Origin: Kudoa neothunni
Lineage: Eukaryota; Animalia; Cnidaria
NCBI GenBank assembly: GCA_964304625.1
Contig: OZ199838.1
Coordinates: 11,495,608-11,559,607, forward strand
Reading direction: 5' to 3'
Length of the DNA stretch: 64,000 nucleotides
A program made the translations under genes and the position numbers. The notes below the pieces were generated by a model that was not told the origin of the DNA, did no database searches, and worked only from the letters and a program-made list of their open reading frames with translations. This document shows, one piece after another, positions 13,742 through 26,641 of the stretch. Every line of letters begins with the position of its first letter. The first letter of the stretch is position 1.

Positions 13742-15987
13742 CCCTCTAATGATGCGAAAAACGTACACCTTCCAACGATTTTTGGGGTGCAGTACACGCC
13801 ACTCTTTTTTTGATATATTTATTTAGAAACTAATTATAAATAAACTGGTAAAATTATAACGATTTCTATCGAGTATTTTTATAACAAAACGGCAATAATT
13901 ATACTAAATAATCCCTTTTAATCCGATAGATGAGATAATGATAGCCTCGAAATCTTTCGCGTAAGAAAAAATAAAATCAAATGATACAGTAAATGCTATT
14001 TACTGAATAAGGTTAACATTTATAATTGCAATGTCTTGTCTAACAATCATAGTATTTTTTGATGAATGTTCGTTACGATAAAAAGGTTTGCAGGTGAAAC
14101 AAACTGAGTTTGTTTTTTCGTCATTCTGTCGAGGACACAATTGACACCATTTTTTAATCAGTTTAGTATTATTTACGCGTTAGCGCATTAATTTTAAGAG
14201 AAATTTTAGGCCTTTTAATGACCCCTTTTTGAGTTCAGACTTCTTTCTAATAATGGTTTACAGAGATCCGCCCCAAGTTCTCTCAAAAAATTGCGCCGAA
14301 GCTTAGTTCTGTCATTGTATGTTTTTATAGATAGCAAAGGCGTTAATCAATGAAAGGTCTACCATATTGTAGAAGACGATCACGGGCCACCTTCTATTAA
14401 ACCTAAAAACAGAAACTGAAACTAACATGCGGTCAACGGTGTCAACACCATCTTTAGTTTTATTGTACCACAGTCAAATCACCTCTGGTTTCGCATGATT
14501 TGTTTCTTCCATCGCGTTGGTGTTCGCTGTGCCAGTTGATAAAACAATTACAGATCGCCCCTCTTTATTCACATAAGATATCAACATGTTTTTTCCAAAA
14601 AAAAAACGAACGTGTAACTATGTAATAGTCTGTTTCTTGCCGGAAGAACACATGGAGGCAGTTCTCTTTTATTATGGCGAATGATCCCCTAGGTAGGTAA
14701 GCCTTTTTTTCCAGTAGCTTAGATGCCATTTGAATGGAAGAAAAAAAGTTTTCGGCAGAAACATTTCGTCCAGAATCATATAATGGAATCGAAAGAGAAA
14801 TTACAATATTTTCGTCTACACTACAGTTTCGTGGGGTTTCTAATCCATTTTTTCCAAGAGAGCGAAATATTCAATATGTATCTTTCAATTGGATCCACCA
14901 GAAGGAAAAGTTTTAATCCCTATTTGGCTGGCTTTAGAGGTAAATACTGTTTTAAAGGATATCTTCCTTTAAACGCTACCAATTGTTCATCAACAGTTAC
15001 TTCCTGGTTCGGGGCAAAACACTTGAGTGGTTCACAAATCCACATTGACCACAAACCACGGATGGAACAAAATTTATCGTCAGCTCGTCTCTCCTCTCGA
15101 ATACTAACATCGTCGAAATTCAACTCCCTTGACATCTGCTCAAAGCTTTGTTTTTTTGCAAAAAAAGCTGACGATATATTTCTCTTCTTTTAGCTACACT
15201 AAAAAGTTCACAAAGGGACTCCTGTCTATCTTTATGGATAGTCGTTAAGATCTGAATCCCTAGGTAGCCTTTGAATTCGACCTCGTCAATATCTGACCAA
15301 TGTTCTTTATAATGTCTTTCCAAATAAATTGGAATACTTTATTATTTCATGGCAAATATTCTGGCCAAAGAAAATAAAAAAGAAAAATCAGAAATACACT
15401 TAATCCTTTGATGACAGTGAGCCGTTGGTCCTGGACGACTATTCATAATATTCTCAATCGAAGTTTTTGATTTAGAGGGCTTCTTTAAATTCCACTCAAA
15501 GCCATTCTTACTTTTCAGTGATCCGTCGAAAACATGGGATTCGATTGAATCATTCGAATTTTCAGAAGATTCAAAAACATAATCATCCAATTCACTATCA
15601 GTTGATTATATATCATTATTATAGTCTTCAGAGCTGATCGACATTATTAAAACGGGGCATGCACAAACTAAATGTTCGTACTTCAGACATTAAATTAATA
15701 AAAATATACTCAATAGAACTCTCCTAAACATTTATAAAATATAGCATATCCTATAACAGTTATAATAAATGAAAAAAAGCCGGGGTGTCTTACACCCCAA
15801 AAATCCTCCGAAGGTATTATTTTTTTAGTGTACTTATTTAATATATTTTTCCCAAAAAATTTCAAGAATGAAAGTTCAAATTATTCTACAAGAATATCTC
15901 GACTTTAGGCATGTGCGAACTACAACAAAAACTTAAACTAGTTCAAATATCGTTTGGGGTGTAATACACCCCAAAATCATTAGAGGG
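13742..15987 (-). mobile_element. Full-length piggyBac transposon with frameshifted transposase
   Basis: TTAA TSDs (13738-41, 15988-91) and TIR CCCTCTAATGAT/ATCATTAGAGGG. Minus-strand fragments: acidic N-terminus, NIMNSRPGPT, VTVDEQLVAFKGR...QYLPLKPAK, GVDTVD, and a Cys-rich C-terminus (CQLCP...CFTC). Confidence 0.92.
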
Positions 15988-17176
15988 TTAATGTAACTAA
16001 GTAAAGATAAAAAAAATAGTAACAAACTTAAAAATTCATCCAAAAAAATATATAAGAAACATTTTTCATTTATTGACTTACTATTTCAATATATATTAAC
16101 ATGAGATTTATCCACACAAAATGACAACTAAACCGTTAAATATCATAACGCCCGCTGCCAGATAAAGCTGGGATTTTGCATTGGTTCGTAATAAATATTC
16201 CTCCTGAGCATATGAGATTATTGGGTTTTTTTAAGAAACAATTTCATCTTTAATTTACTAATATTATTAATTACGGAATTCCTTTTTATTCAATAGTTTA
16301 ATGTCCATTTAAAACTGGTCATTAAATATTTATTAATTTACAACTCAATTTTATCTAGGTTTATGTAATTAAGTATTTTCATAATTTTAATCGTACGCAT
16401 ATTTACTGTTTTGAAATTATGACTACCCAAAAATTTGTACTGTTATTTAATTAACAATATAGAAACGAACGTTATATTTCATAGATTTGGTCCATTTACC
16501 AACAAAATACAATAATATAAAAGAGGTGAGCTATTATAATAGAAATAAAATTCCAGACAGGCAGGGAAAAGAAATGATCCACTAAATTCGATTAAACTCT
16601 TCATTAATTTTTAGGCGTTGGTTATTGACACGAGAGATTTTTAATCCCCGCAGCTCCTATTTATAGTTGATCTATAAACTTTATTTTTTAGAATCTGCTG
16701 TATTCAATTAATTTTGACCCAGAGCTACCGCTCCGGAAAGCCAAAACTAATTAAATACAGTCAAAACCATGCCCACTTGTATATTGTGATCCGTGTTAAT
16801 AACCATTTCCTAATTTTTATCTGGTAATATAATATTAAGAAAAACCAACGCTCATTAACAAACGTGAGATTGATTCCAACGAGAATTAACTGAAGCTTTT
16901 GCTATTACCTTTATAAATAAAAAAAATTATCATATGATCAAAAATATTCAATAGCTCAAATAAAAAAATTCCTTAATGAATTTATGCAGAAATAAAAAAT
17001 CCGAGTTTTCATACTTTTAATGGAATAAAATCAAAATATTAATTTTTCGATATAGGTCTAATCACAAGTTATTGACAAATATAAGTTATCATTCAATAAT
17101 ACACAAAGAAATTGACCGATTGAACACAATAGTTAATCCACATTCTTTTTCCCACAATGAAAATGTATGAAACAAA

Positions 17177-18369
17177 TCAAACATAAACTACGTTGATAGC
17201 TGAATTTGTGGATTGTGAATGATAATCATCGATGTTATCATAATATTTGGATTGTGCACTTTTAAGTGAAATGACTGCAACGGGCATTGACTGAGTAGAA
17301 TGAATCCATGAGACTTTGACACGAGATTCGTTGTTCAATTTGTCCACCACAACAGCTCCAGCGGGAATTTTTTTATTATAGAAACTATTGTTGACTTTTG
17401 TGAGGCGGTTGAAATTGTTATAAAGCTAATGTATAGAATTTAGGTTTGATATTAATTATATATATTGACTAACCTCATCCACTTCATTCTCCGAATCTGA
17501 TGTATTCAAAATGTTGGCAGATTGATGAATCAGTGTTTTTGCAAAATTCAATTTGGCGAGTTGTTCGCCAAGTCCGGTGACACAGCAAGCACTTGTGTTG
17601 TTCGACAGCCATATACCACTTCCAGAAGGGAGTGCCACATGTCCAATACGACCTTTTTGTCTTAAAAGTCTACCGCCTGAAGATGCAGCCACTGCCAAAT
17701 TACCACCCCCATCGACACAAATAGCTCCAATCGTATCCATAGGAATATTTTTACAATGTTCATCCTGAAAGAATTACATCATTCAACAATATTAATAGAT
17801 AATCATGAGCTCACATTCATCGAAGTGTTTAGATGGGTATTAGATTCAACAAGCTTTTTAAAATATTTGTAATTTTGAAGTGCCCAAAAAGAGGGTTGAA
17901 TAGAAATAAAGTCGAGTTTTTGTTGTTTGGCGAAGTTATCCACTCCTTCGCCACACAAATGTTGAGGAGGAAGGAGTAGATGATTGTTTTTGTGTGTCAA
18001 CTGATTGACAATTAGCTGGTGGGCAACGAACACAGGGTTTGGATGGTAGGCCACGCACGATACACCTCCAAACAAATCATTCTTTCCACACATAACAGCT
18101 GCCTCATTTTCTATTGTACCATCATAAGTGAGCGATCCACCACATCCCGCATTTAAAATGCCTCTACATCCCAGTTTACAGTAGGATAGTATTTAGTACG
18201 TAATATACGAATTTTCCATAGATGCAATAGCTTGTGTGCAGACTTCTAATGCAGGCAGACATTGTTTCAAGTCGTTCAGTGATTTATGACATATTTCATC
18301 AAACAACTTGTTGATAGCGACATTTTTCTCTTTAGAAACCTTCCCACATCCTCCATGAATGACCAGCAT
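17177..18369 (-). CDS. TASP1: Threonine aspartase 1 (taspase-1; asparaginase-2 family)
   Basis: Four exons. MLVIHGGCG, LNAGCGGSLTYDGTIENEAAVM, NPVFVA, autocleavage/nucleophile DTIGAICVDGGGNLAVAASSGG...GRIGH, TGLGEQL, SWIHSTQSM. Confidence 0.88.
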
Positions 18370-18555
18370 TCAATTTAAACAAGACAACAAAATTAAGCCA
18401 AAAATGTTCAAAATAATAAAATCGAGACTCAACTCTCTCTCTTAGATTTTACAGATTTTGAAAAACAAATGCTAAGCAATCGATGCTGGATTGAAAATTA
18501 TATATTGCGTATATATCAATTCTAACTTATGCTATTTCCTAGTAAATAATGGTGA

Positions 18556-18567
18556 TACGCATGCGCA
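18556..18567. promoter_or_regulatory. NRF1/EWG-type motif TACGCATGCGCA in the TASP1/EFL1 bidirectional promoter
   Basis: Lies in the ~290-bp gap between divergent ATGs at 18369 and 18662. Confidence 0.68.
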
Positions 18568-18661
18568 AATAAGTTGAACAAACGCTTCTATTTATTTGTC
18601 CGTACCCAACAGAATTTTTTTCGGACGTTATTTTATGTTTTTACATAATTGAAACTACATA

Positions 18662-21600
18662 ATGCATGTTCTTCTGGGCGAATTATGTCGCCTTCAACAA
18701 AATACAAAAAATATTAGAAATATCTGTATTATGGCTCATGTAGATCATGGTAATTTGGTCTATGATACCGTGTGCGGTGCATTAAAATTTTGTTTTTAAT
18801 TTTTTGAAGGGAAAACATCATTGGCTGATTGTTTGCTAATGAGCAACGGATTGGTCTCTCAAAGCGCTGTAGGTGAGGTAAACTTTAAGTGATTTTTATA
18901 GAATTTGGTCAAAAATAAAATAACTAAATTTAGCGACGATATTTGGATTCAAGACCAGACGAGCAACAGCGTGGAATCACCATGAAATCCTCTTCAATTC
19001 TATTGAAATATTCTGTGGGTATACCCGCATTAATTGTGTATTGTTGACAATGGGATTTAAATTTTTTTGATTAGACAATGAAGACTATCTCATTAATCTA
19101 ATAGATTCTCCAGGACATGTGGATTTTTCAAGTGAAGTAATTATTAATTTTGGTTGATGATGGCTAACATAAATAATGAGGTGTCGTGTGCTGTAAGATT
19201 GTGTGATGGTGTGATTATTGTGGTGGATGTCGTGGAAGGTGTATGTCCCCAAACACAAGCTGTTCTTTATCAAGCATTCATTGAACGAATGGAGATGATT
19301 TTATATCTGAACAAAGTTGATCGCCTGATAAATGAATTAGAGATGGATCCGTTGGATGCATATCATCGAATGTACAATATTGTAGGTCAAATGAATGCGT
19401 TGGTGAGTTCATTTTACAAAAAAGAAGAAGATTCGAATGTTGACGAGCACTGCACTTTTGACCCTTTCAAAGGAAATCTTGGCGAACATTGCATTTTTGA
19501 CCCTATTAAAGGAAACGTTCTTATTGGAAGTTCGGTTGATGGATGGGCATTTGGGTAGATTTTAGTGTTTGTAGTGTGATATTAAGAGACTGGTTGATTA
19601 GATTGAGATCGTTTGCGGAGATCTTGTCTCAAAAGTTCGGTGCATCATCATCCAATATTTTACCCAGACTTTGGGGTGACTACTATTTTGATAATAGAAC
19701 CAAGAAGTTTTACAAGGGTGCCATTTCAAAAAATAAAAAACCATGCTTTGTCCAGTTTATTCTCGATAACATTTGGCATGTTTATAGCACATTCAAACAG
19801 TTTACTGAAACGTACTTTGATGAGATAAAATTACGCTGAAAATATATAATAAATATAATCTAGTTCTGACAACATTGAAAAGATATACAAATTTGTTGGA
19901 GTTCAACCGAAAACGCACATTGTCATCAATGAAGACAATTTCAAACAATTAACACGAGAATTTATGCAGAATTGGTTACCCGCATACGATGCAGTCTTGG
20001 GAGCTGTTGTGAAACATCACCCAAGCCCTTGCTCTCTATCCAAACAACGGATCACAACTCTCATGTCAAATGATAATTGTCCTTTCGATGGCTTACCACC
20101 AGAATCAAAATCACTTATGGATGCCTTCCTGGAATGTTCTTCCGATGATAATGCTCCTGTGATTGTTTTTGTATCGAAAATGATTCTTGTCAGCAGCAGT
20201 GATTCGTCCCACCCCATCTCACATGCAATTCTACCTTCCTCACACAACAATATCGATAAAAACGTCGATTTTAATAAGTTTAATGGTGACGATTTATCTC
20301 AGTTGAGACAGATGAAAATCGAGGATGCAGAATCTTGTGCGATTGAAAATGAAACTGGCAATGCTAAGACAAAGTTAATCGCTTTTGCTCGTATTTTTAG
20401 TGGCTCTCTTCAGACAGGAAAAAAGCTTTATGTTCTCATGCCCAAGTTCAAACATGGAACTAATGAAATCAATAATCTCAGCATAACTGAGACAACTAAA
20501 ATTTCCCACTTTAACAGAGATTTTGCAATTGAGGTCACATTAGATCAACTGTACATTCTAATGGGAACCCATATGGAACATTGTAGTTTTGTTCCTTCCG
20601 GAAATATTGTCGGTAATTAAGCCATTGATAGAAAGGCTTTCTTATAGGTGTTGTTTTTAGGTATTGGAGGATTGGATCAGGTGATTCTAAAATCAGCCAC
20701 CATCAGTTCTACACTCTACTGCCCCACCTTCTCGCCCATGACATTCCATGTGAACCCTATTGTAAAGGTCTCGATAGAACCAACCAACTACAAAGACTTG
20801 GCTCGATTATCATCTGCCTTGGAAACGCTATCGTTAGCAGACTCCAATTTGATTTACGAATTGGAAGATTCTGGTAAGGTTTTCTAATTATTAACTGCGG
20901 TGTCAATTATAAATTAAATTGTTTATTTATGAAGGTGAATCCGTGCTCTATGTCACTGGAGAAGTCCATCTACAACGTTGCATCACTGACCTAGAGAATC
21001 TGTTCGATCTATCAGATTTCAATGTTTCCACGCCGATTGTACCATTCAAAGAGGCTTCAGTTGTTGAGAGTTGCATAGGAAAAGATTCTACAACACAAAT
21101 TTTGGTCGAAAACTACTTTGCCAATCTGCCCACATTTATAAGTGAACAGTTTGAGGGTTGCAAAGATTTCGATTTAAATTCTAACTGTCCAAGTATTTTT
21201 GATGATTTTTATAATGATTGGATGAGAAATTTATGCATGTAGTCTCATCTACTAACAGCGTTCAAATCGGAGATACAGAAATTAATTTTCGAATAACTAT
21301 GCGTTGTATATGCATACCAGACGAGATTCAACAATGGATTCAGAAAATTCAAAATAATCGAAATTTATTCAATGATAATTTAGCTACTGTCGAAACATTG
21401 AGAACAAGTCTAGAAACAGTTGTAGGAACAATCGTCCGCAAAAAACATAAACGCCTCTGGTTGTCTCTGTGCGATCGTGTTTGGTTTGTCGGGACCAAAA
21501 ATGCCCCCATCAATCTTCTTGTAGATACTCTTGCTATTCCAGCTGACAATATATATTTTCACCAACTGGAAGCAACTCTGTCAAAAACATCGAATCGAAT

Positions 21601-22371
21601 AAATTTTCTCACTAGTGGACTTGTTGGGGTTATCTATTCAGGGTTTTGTATGGCTATCAATTCGGGACCATTAATGGAAGAACCCATGATCGGTTCGTGC
21701 TTTGTGATCGAAGATATTGCAATTGATAACAACTATTCTCCTGAATTGCTTTATGAAACGAATTTTGACATTAATACCAATGGCCGATTAATGTCCATAG
21801 TAAGACAGTGTTGTCGTTGTAGCTATTTGGCCAGTGGAAGTGTTCGCCTTTCGTTGCCCATGTACGAAACTACCATCTACCTAAGTTCAAATGTGATGGG
21901 AAAAGCATACGCAGTGCTTGGAAGAAGAGAAGCTAAAATTATTCGTGAAGAGATTCTTCCGGAAACCAATCTCTTTACTATAGTAGCTCAAATGCCAGTG
22001 ATTGAAAGTTTTGGATTTTCGGCTGAAATTCTCACCAAGTGTCGTGGTCTAGCTCAACCACAAGTTTCTTTCAGTCATTGGGAAGTAAGTACCTTAAATA
22101 AAACTATCAGAAATATCAGTTAAATAGATATTTTAAAATTTTTAGTAGATTCTAATGCATGGGGTTTATTTAGGTGCTTGATGTGGATCCGTTTTGGGTA
22201 CCTGGTACCGACGATGAAATTGAGCTACATGGCAAAACCGGCTCATCCACCCAGATGTACAATGTTGCTATGAAATACATACGTAGTGTTAGGAAACGCA
22301 AAGGTCTCTCTACTGATGATAAAACTGTAGAATGTGCTGAAAAACAACGCACTTTTAAGAAAAACAAATAA
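18662..22371 (+). CDS. EFL1: Elongation factor-like GTPase 1 (EFL1/Ria1), 60S maturation
   Basis: About 11 exons with canonical short introns. RNICIMAHVDHGKT, RYLDSRPDEQQRGITMKSS, INLIDSPGHVDFSSEV, NKVD, GEVHLQRCITDL, GPLMEEP, FSHWE, and EFL1-type C-terminus RKRKGL...AEKQRTFKKNK. Confidence 0.95.
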
Positions 22372-23841
22372 TCATCCCCTTTTAGATTGTACTCAATGTA
22401 ATTATACCGATCTCACATGTTTTATCTGTTGAATTTTATTTTTATTTATTTTTATCGCAAAGTAAATTAATTTTAATAAATTTTGAAGTTATCCAGCTGA
22501 GCTCAAACACAGAAAAAATGCTTAATGCACACAAAACGTTATATATCGTTATTATCGAATATTATAATAATTAATATTAATATATGAATTTTAAAATAAT
22601 AATTATGCCATGTATACATTTAATTATAAAAAAATTAGTTTAACACATTATCAGCATACAGTAAATAATAACTTTCACGCAGTTTTATAAGAACATTATC
22701 TATTTAAAAATATTAATATAATACTATTCTAATTATATAACAATATATGAGTTTTAAGATGATTACAATTAAAATTATATAAGAATAATTAAATTAAAGT
22801 CAACTGATTGCAAATATCATTAATTTTTTAAGAGAACATTGTTTGTTGACTAAGTTTTTTAATCTCAAATGTTCTCTAAATTAAGTCAATAGGGGAGAAT
22901 TCTAATGATAAATATAATGATGTAATACAATAATTCCTCTTTATGAGCTTTATGAGGGGGAAACTAATATTATATTGTAATTTAACATGTCATAAATTTA
23001 CATTGTAATGCGATTTTAAATAATAATGAGGAGTTTTGTACTTTATTTGAAATTAAATTCATCTAAAGAGTTTAGATGGCGGATATATTAATTTTCTGGT
23101 ACAATGAGTTTACGTTGATTACCGGATCCAGTGAGAGCGATCAAACAAAATAAAATGTTGCATACATATTAAATAAATGAATGATATTAAATAAGTTATA
23201 TCTCAACGTTTAAACAACAGCTGGTCACCTAAATATAAAGGATTTGAATTTTTATGTCAAGATTACCTCCTTTGATACAATTATCACTTTTAGATAAAAA
23301 GCTCAAAGAATTTTGAATAGAATAATCTACTGATTATATCTACAAAAAAATAACTAGGCTCTTTATTTAAGTCAGAAGAAACGCTAACATGAAATTAAAT
23401 TTTTCAGAATCTTATGTAATTAAGGAAAAAGTTACAATATTGAGGTTATAAAATATATTGTCCTCCTAAGATTTCTCGATTAAGTTAATTTTTATTACGT
23501 AAATTATATCCGAACGTGACATCAAAAAATTTATATTATGCATGTGAATGCGAAACTGCTTATAAGTAATTATATGATCAATTTTCGTACTTTTCACCCT
23601 CACTAAAGGTTTAACGTAAAATCGGCTACTTAATGTACATACAAGAAAACTTCGTAAAAAAATGCTGATCACGTGATTCAACAGTGCAATTTTCTAGCAG
23701 ATTCGAATCCAAATTGGCGTTGAACTCCTAAAATGATCTAAAATTAAAATATAAATTATGCTTATTTAACATTTGTAAGATATTTAGTGTTTTAAGGAAA
23801 TTGCGTAAAACTGGTTACTTACTATAGACTCATTTAGTATC

Positions 23842-24105
23842 TAGAGGTTAAGGCGGTTTGGTTTCGGTTATTTCTAAAATGATTCTCTGTTTTGTAAATA
23901 ATTTTTTCAATTATCAGTGTTGATTCTTTTTCACGCAAAAAATATGTAAAAATGTGTTAGATTGAAAACCAATTGTAGACTCTGTTTAAAATACTGTACA
24001 AATTGTTTATAGAAACTGATTTATATTAATTCAAAAATAGCTTTATAAAATCGGTGTCTGTTTTGGATTTTCGGTTTTGCCAAAACGAACCGATCTTAAC
24101 CCCTA
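23842..24105. mobile_element. 264-bp hAT-type MITE
   Basis: Imperfect TIRs TAGAGGTTAAGGCGGTTTG / CGAACCGATCTTAACCCCTA with a perfect 8-bp TSD TTAGTATC (23834-41, 24106-13). Confidence 0.85.
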
Positions 24106-25377
24106 TTAGTATCTACAACGTATTTTTTGACATTTGTAAGAAGTGTTATAATAACATTAAATCAGTGAAATAACATCGAGATAATTAAGATTTCGAGGAC
24201 CACTTGTATTCATAATGACAAAGCTATTGTAATTTACATTTTATCGTTCCTATGCGAATAATTTGCATCACGTACACGTCGATATCAAGAATTAATGTGC
24301 GCATAATAAATCTCAATAACCACTATTCCTTACCATCATCAAAAATGGTTTATCGATTCTACTGCAGAGATTGTCAACCAAGGGTGAATTAAGTGACGTC
24401 AAAGTTGGATACGGGTAATTTAGGCATAATGTAATTTACTATGTACCTAAGGATTTCTAAGCAATTATATTTTTTCATGGTTATTAAACTCAATAAGATG
24501 TTGTCAGAAATGCTTGAATATTTTTGGAATTCGAATTTGACGATTATTAATAAAGTTGAACCAGCCTCTTTCTTTTATGTCTCATTTATCTTTTAATGAT
24601 GTAGCCCAATAGTACTTAAATAAATATACAAACATAAGGTAGATATGAATTTAGTTTCCAAATTAGGGGGTAAATTTAAAAAATATCCGAGAATCATCGC
24701 TGTACTGTATATTTTAATAAATTAATAATAACGCAATCATATTCAGAATATTTTATCAAGCTTCCATTAATTTAAATCACGTTATAAAAAATTAAAAAAT
24801 GCCTAAAAGATTTACAAATATTCTCATCGATATATTGTATCAAACGACTCCCTGGCTAAATGATTTTCGGTAATCGCGATTTCTTATGATAAACAAGAGA
24901 CTACCAGCCAAGCACGTCTGAGGTTAGTTATTGCTAATCTATTATTAATAGGAAGGAAATATAAAAGTTACATTTATGACTTAAACTAAATTAAACAGAC
25001 TTAATGAATTTTAATGAGAAAAAATTATAATTTTGATACCCACTTTACAACTGCATGGAAGTACTTTTAGGGCAGTTAAGAAATCAACAGCTTACATTCA
25101 CCGTAACGTAAAAATAAAGAAAATGAGATCTTTTTTTGATCCCACTATTGACGGCAACGATTAAATTAGTAAAAATTAAAAAATAATTAAACTTGACACA
25201 ATAGAATTATCATCAATTTTTTGTCATTTTTTATTGCTTTCACTTCCTATTTTTGTTGTTTGGAATTGAATTTAAATTTTGTTTCATCACTCATAGATGT
25301 TTCAGGAATATTTACTATTTTATAAAAAGCGCAAGTTAAATTCGATTTAGTAGGTAGCGCTTTGCTAGTTTTTCTTT

Positions 25378-25388
25378 CGCACATGCGC
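25378..25388. promoter_or_regulatory. NRF1/EWG-type motif CGCACATGCGC upstream of PSMA6
   Basis: Lies about 30 bp upstream of the ATG at 25417. Confidence 0.6.
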
Positions 25389-25416
25389 TAAAGCAATTTG
25401 ACGCACATTAGAAACA

Positions 25417-26384
25417 ATGTCATCTGCGAGAACTAATGCAGCTGGGTTTGACAAGCATTTGAATGTTTTCTCGCCGGACGGCCGTCTATTTCAAATAGGT
25501 GTTTTTTGTCAGTGATTATCATGGCTAATTGTCTCTATAGAGTACGCATTTAAGGCTGTTACTACTGCATCGATTCTCGCGATAGCTGTGCGTGGAACTG
25601 AAAGTGTAGTTGTAGCATGTCAGAAGCGTTTACCTGTGAAATTTATTATACTATTGTACCACACAGATTTGACGATATTTTTATCTATAGGACAAATTAA
25701 TGAATCCGGACGATTACACCAACCTTCACCGAATCAATGAGAGAGTTGGAGCGTGTTTCGTAGGTTATCCAGGTAATGGATTATTAACGCCATACATTCT
25801 CTAACATTTCATCAAAAATTCAACTCTAAACTATATCTGTTTTGTTTAGCTGATTGCAAACACATGGCACTTCGTTCGAAATATTATGCAGCCGAATACA
25901 AGGCAAATAAAGGATTCGAAGTACCATGCGATATTCTGTGCCAAAAGCTGGCATCGTTCGCCCAAGGAGGCACTCAAGTATCTGGTGCAAGAATTCTTGC
26001 ATGTTCCACTCTGCTCATTGGTATCGATCCCGAGTATGGTACCATGCTGTATAAGACGGATCCGGCTGGTTTTATGTGTGGATTCCGTGCTGTTGCGATT
26101 GGCACAAAAGACAGGGATGCCAATATTATATTGGAGAAAAAGTTGAAGAAAAAGCTGCCCTCCACTCGTGAAGAAACTATCAATCTGGCCCTTTTATGCC
26201 TAGGTCAAACACTTGGAACTGATTATAAAGCAACTGAAGTTGAAGTTGGTGAAGTTAGTTTCGTTCATCCAGAGTTTCGGTATCTTTTAACTAATCATTC
26301 ACTTGTTAATGAATTGGATATTTTAGTGTGCTTCCCGATGATGAGGTCGACCAAATTCTTACAGCTATCTCCGAGAGAGACTGA
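25417..26384 (+). CDS. PSMA6: Proteasome subunit alpha type-6 (alpha1)
   Basis: Five exons. [68 protein letters not shown], C-terminus EVDQILTAISERD*. Confidence 0.93.
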
Positions 26385-26641
26385 TTTATATAATAGTAGA
26401 TAATGTTGGTTTTGAACTGTTCTATCACACAAATGGCTTTATGTGTTTATTTGGAGTTTATTTTTCTGATATCTTGAACCAATAGCAGTAGCGCTCACTT
26501 CAATATTTTTACGCATATTTTTATTTATTTTTGTGATTCAGAAACTAATTCACAAAATCAATCCTATTATTAGTTTAAAATCGGCACATTCAGGACAATT
26601 ATTATGTTTTTATTATGCGCGAGTCGGCTAAAGAATAACCA

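Noticed and set aside
14723-15193. 156-aa plus-strand ORF
   Set aside because: Antisense shadow of the minus-strand piggyBac transposase.
20919-22123. Apparent frameshifts or stop-codon recoding in EFL1 and other genes
   Set aside because: The breaks I examined in host genes are resolved by short GT-AG introns under the standard code; no evidence for an alternative code or programmed frameshift.
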